From assembly GCA_002269645.1 (NCBI GenBank), contig NIVC01000671.1, positions 186,001-250,000 on the forward strand: a stretch of 64,000 nucleotides of DNA. Reading direction: 5' to 3'. Below, in pieces: positions 62,918-64,000 of the stretch (the stretch's first letter is position 1; the number at the start of each line of letters is the position of its first letter). The DNA is from Macrostomum lignano. Lineage: Eukaryota. The position numbers and the translations under genes are program-made. The notes beneath the pieces were generated by a model. The model did no database searches. It had not been told where the DNA came from and was given only the letters and a program-made list of their open reading frames with translations.

Positions 62918-63582
62918 ATGAAGCGGTGCCCCTGAAGGAACGGGGGGGGGGAATGAAGCGGTGCCCCTGAAGGAACGGGGGGAATGAAGCGGTGCCCCTG
63001 AAGGAACGGGGGGAATGAAGCGGTGCCCGTGAAGGAACGGGGGGAATGAAGCGGTGCCCCTGAAGGAACGGGGGGAATGAAGCGGTGCACCTGAAGAAAC
63101 GGGGGGGAATGAAGCGGTGCCCCTGAAGGAACGGGGGGAATGAAGCGGTGCCCCTGAAGGAACGGGGGGAATGAAGCGGTGACCCTGAAGAAACGGGGGG
63201 AATGAAGCGGTGCCCCTGAAGGAACGGGGGAATGAAGCGGTGCCCCTGAAGGAACGGGGGGAATGAAGCGGTGCCCCTGAAGAAACGGGGGGGAATGAAG
63301 CGGTGCCCCTGAAGGAACGGGGGGGGAATGAAGCGGTGACCCTGAAGAAACGGGGGGAATGAAGCGGTGCCCCTGAAGGAACGGGGGGGAATGAAGCGGT
63401 GCACCCGAAGGAACGGGGGAATGAAGCGGTGCCCGTGAAGAAATGGAGGGGGGGAATGAAGCGGTGCCCGTGAAGGAACGGGGGGAATGAAGCGGTGCCC
63501 CTAAAGGAACGGGGGGAATGAAGCGGTGCCCCTGAAGGAACGGGGGGTAATGAAGCGGTGCCCCTGAAAGAACGGGGGGGGG
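62918..63582. repeat. ~32-bp minisatellite (GAATGAAGCGGTGCCCCTGAAGGAACGGGGGG)n with a variable G-run
   Basis: About 20 copies. Confidence 0.93.
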
Positions 63583-64000
63583 GGAGGCAACCACCTCTGA
63601 AGTGTCGAAGAAGCGAATACCTTGCTACGAGATTTGTCTCTAAAAAATTTGTCCTATTTTTGCTTATTCACTTGGATATTCGCTGGTATTTCCTAAACCT
63701 AGTCGCTCACTTGGTGCCTTCAGCAAGCAAAACTTTAAAGATCCTAAATAAATTTACTTCTTTAGAGAAATCACAAAGCAAAAGATCGACAGCTGTTTTA
63801 TTTTTTAATTTTCCGTTTTTTATTTAAAGTTGAAAGTGATAATTATTATATCGTAAGGTCTGTTTGGCTTCGGCTAAGACAAAAACACACGCACTGTGGA
63901 AAGCAAAGTTAGCAAGCATCGTTCCTGCATTTCCCTTGACAATACAAAGTTAACTTAGCGTGCTTTTGAAATTATTGTTGGTAAATTGATGGCTATAGTC

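Overview
Eukaryotic (animal) genomic DNA with spliceosomal GT-AG introns, GC-rich exons and a very high density of intronic minisatellites. This style resembles the flatworm Macrostomum, but that assignment is inference only. I rebuilt spliced gene models by hand using splice-phase arithmetic: (1) an ~820-aa uncharacterised protein, +, 3.8-6.5 kb; (2) a 10-exon DUR3-type urea/solute:cation symporter, -, 8.2-21.1 kb, with one apparent 1-bp frameshift; (3) a TIR-SAM-TIR gene, -, 27.4-31.1 kb, whose 5' exon I did not find; (4) a further TIR-coding exon set, -, 23.3-25.7 kb; (5) a small single-pass membrane protein, +, 42.4-42.9 kb; (6) a 9-exon secreted ~1435-aa protein with six copies of an unrecognised ~200-aa domain and a C-terminal C-type lectin domain, -, 45.2-55.4 kb; (7) a 4-exon Tctex-1-domain dynein light chain, +, 58.3-62.4 kb. 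Non-coding features include a 1.4-kb TA-flanked foldback element, a 6.9-kb 44-bp satellite with higher-order duplications and over 30 other tandem arrays. I found no CRISPR array, rRNA or tRNA. Most long low-complexity ORFs in the supplied track are read-throughs of tandem repeats. The best novelty candidates are the six-repeat lectin and the multi-TIR/SAM locus.
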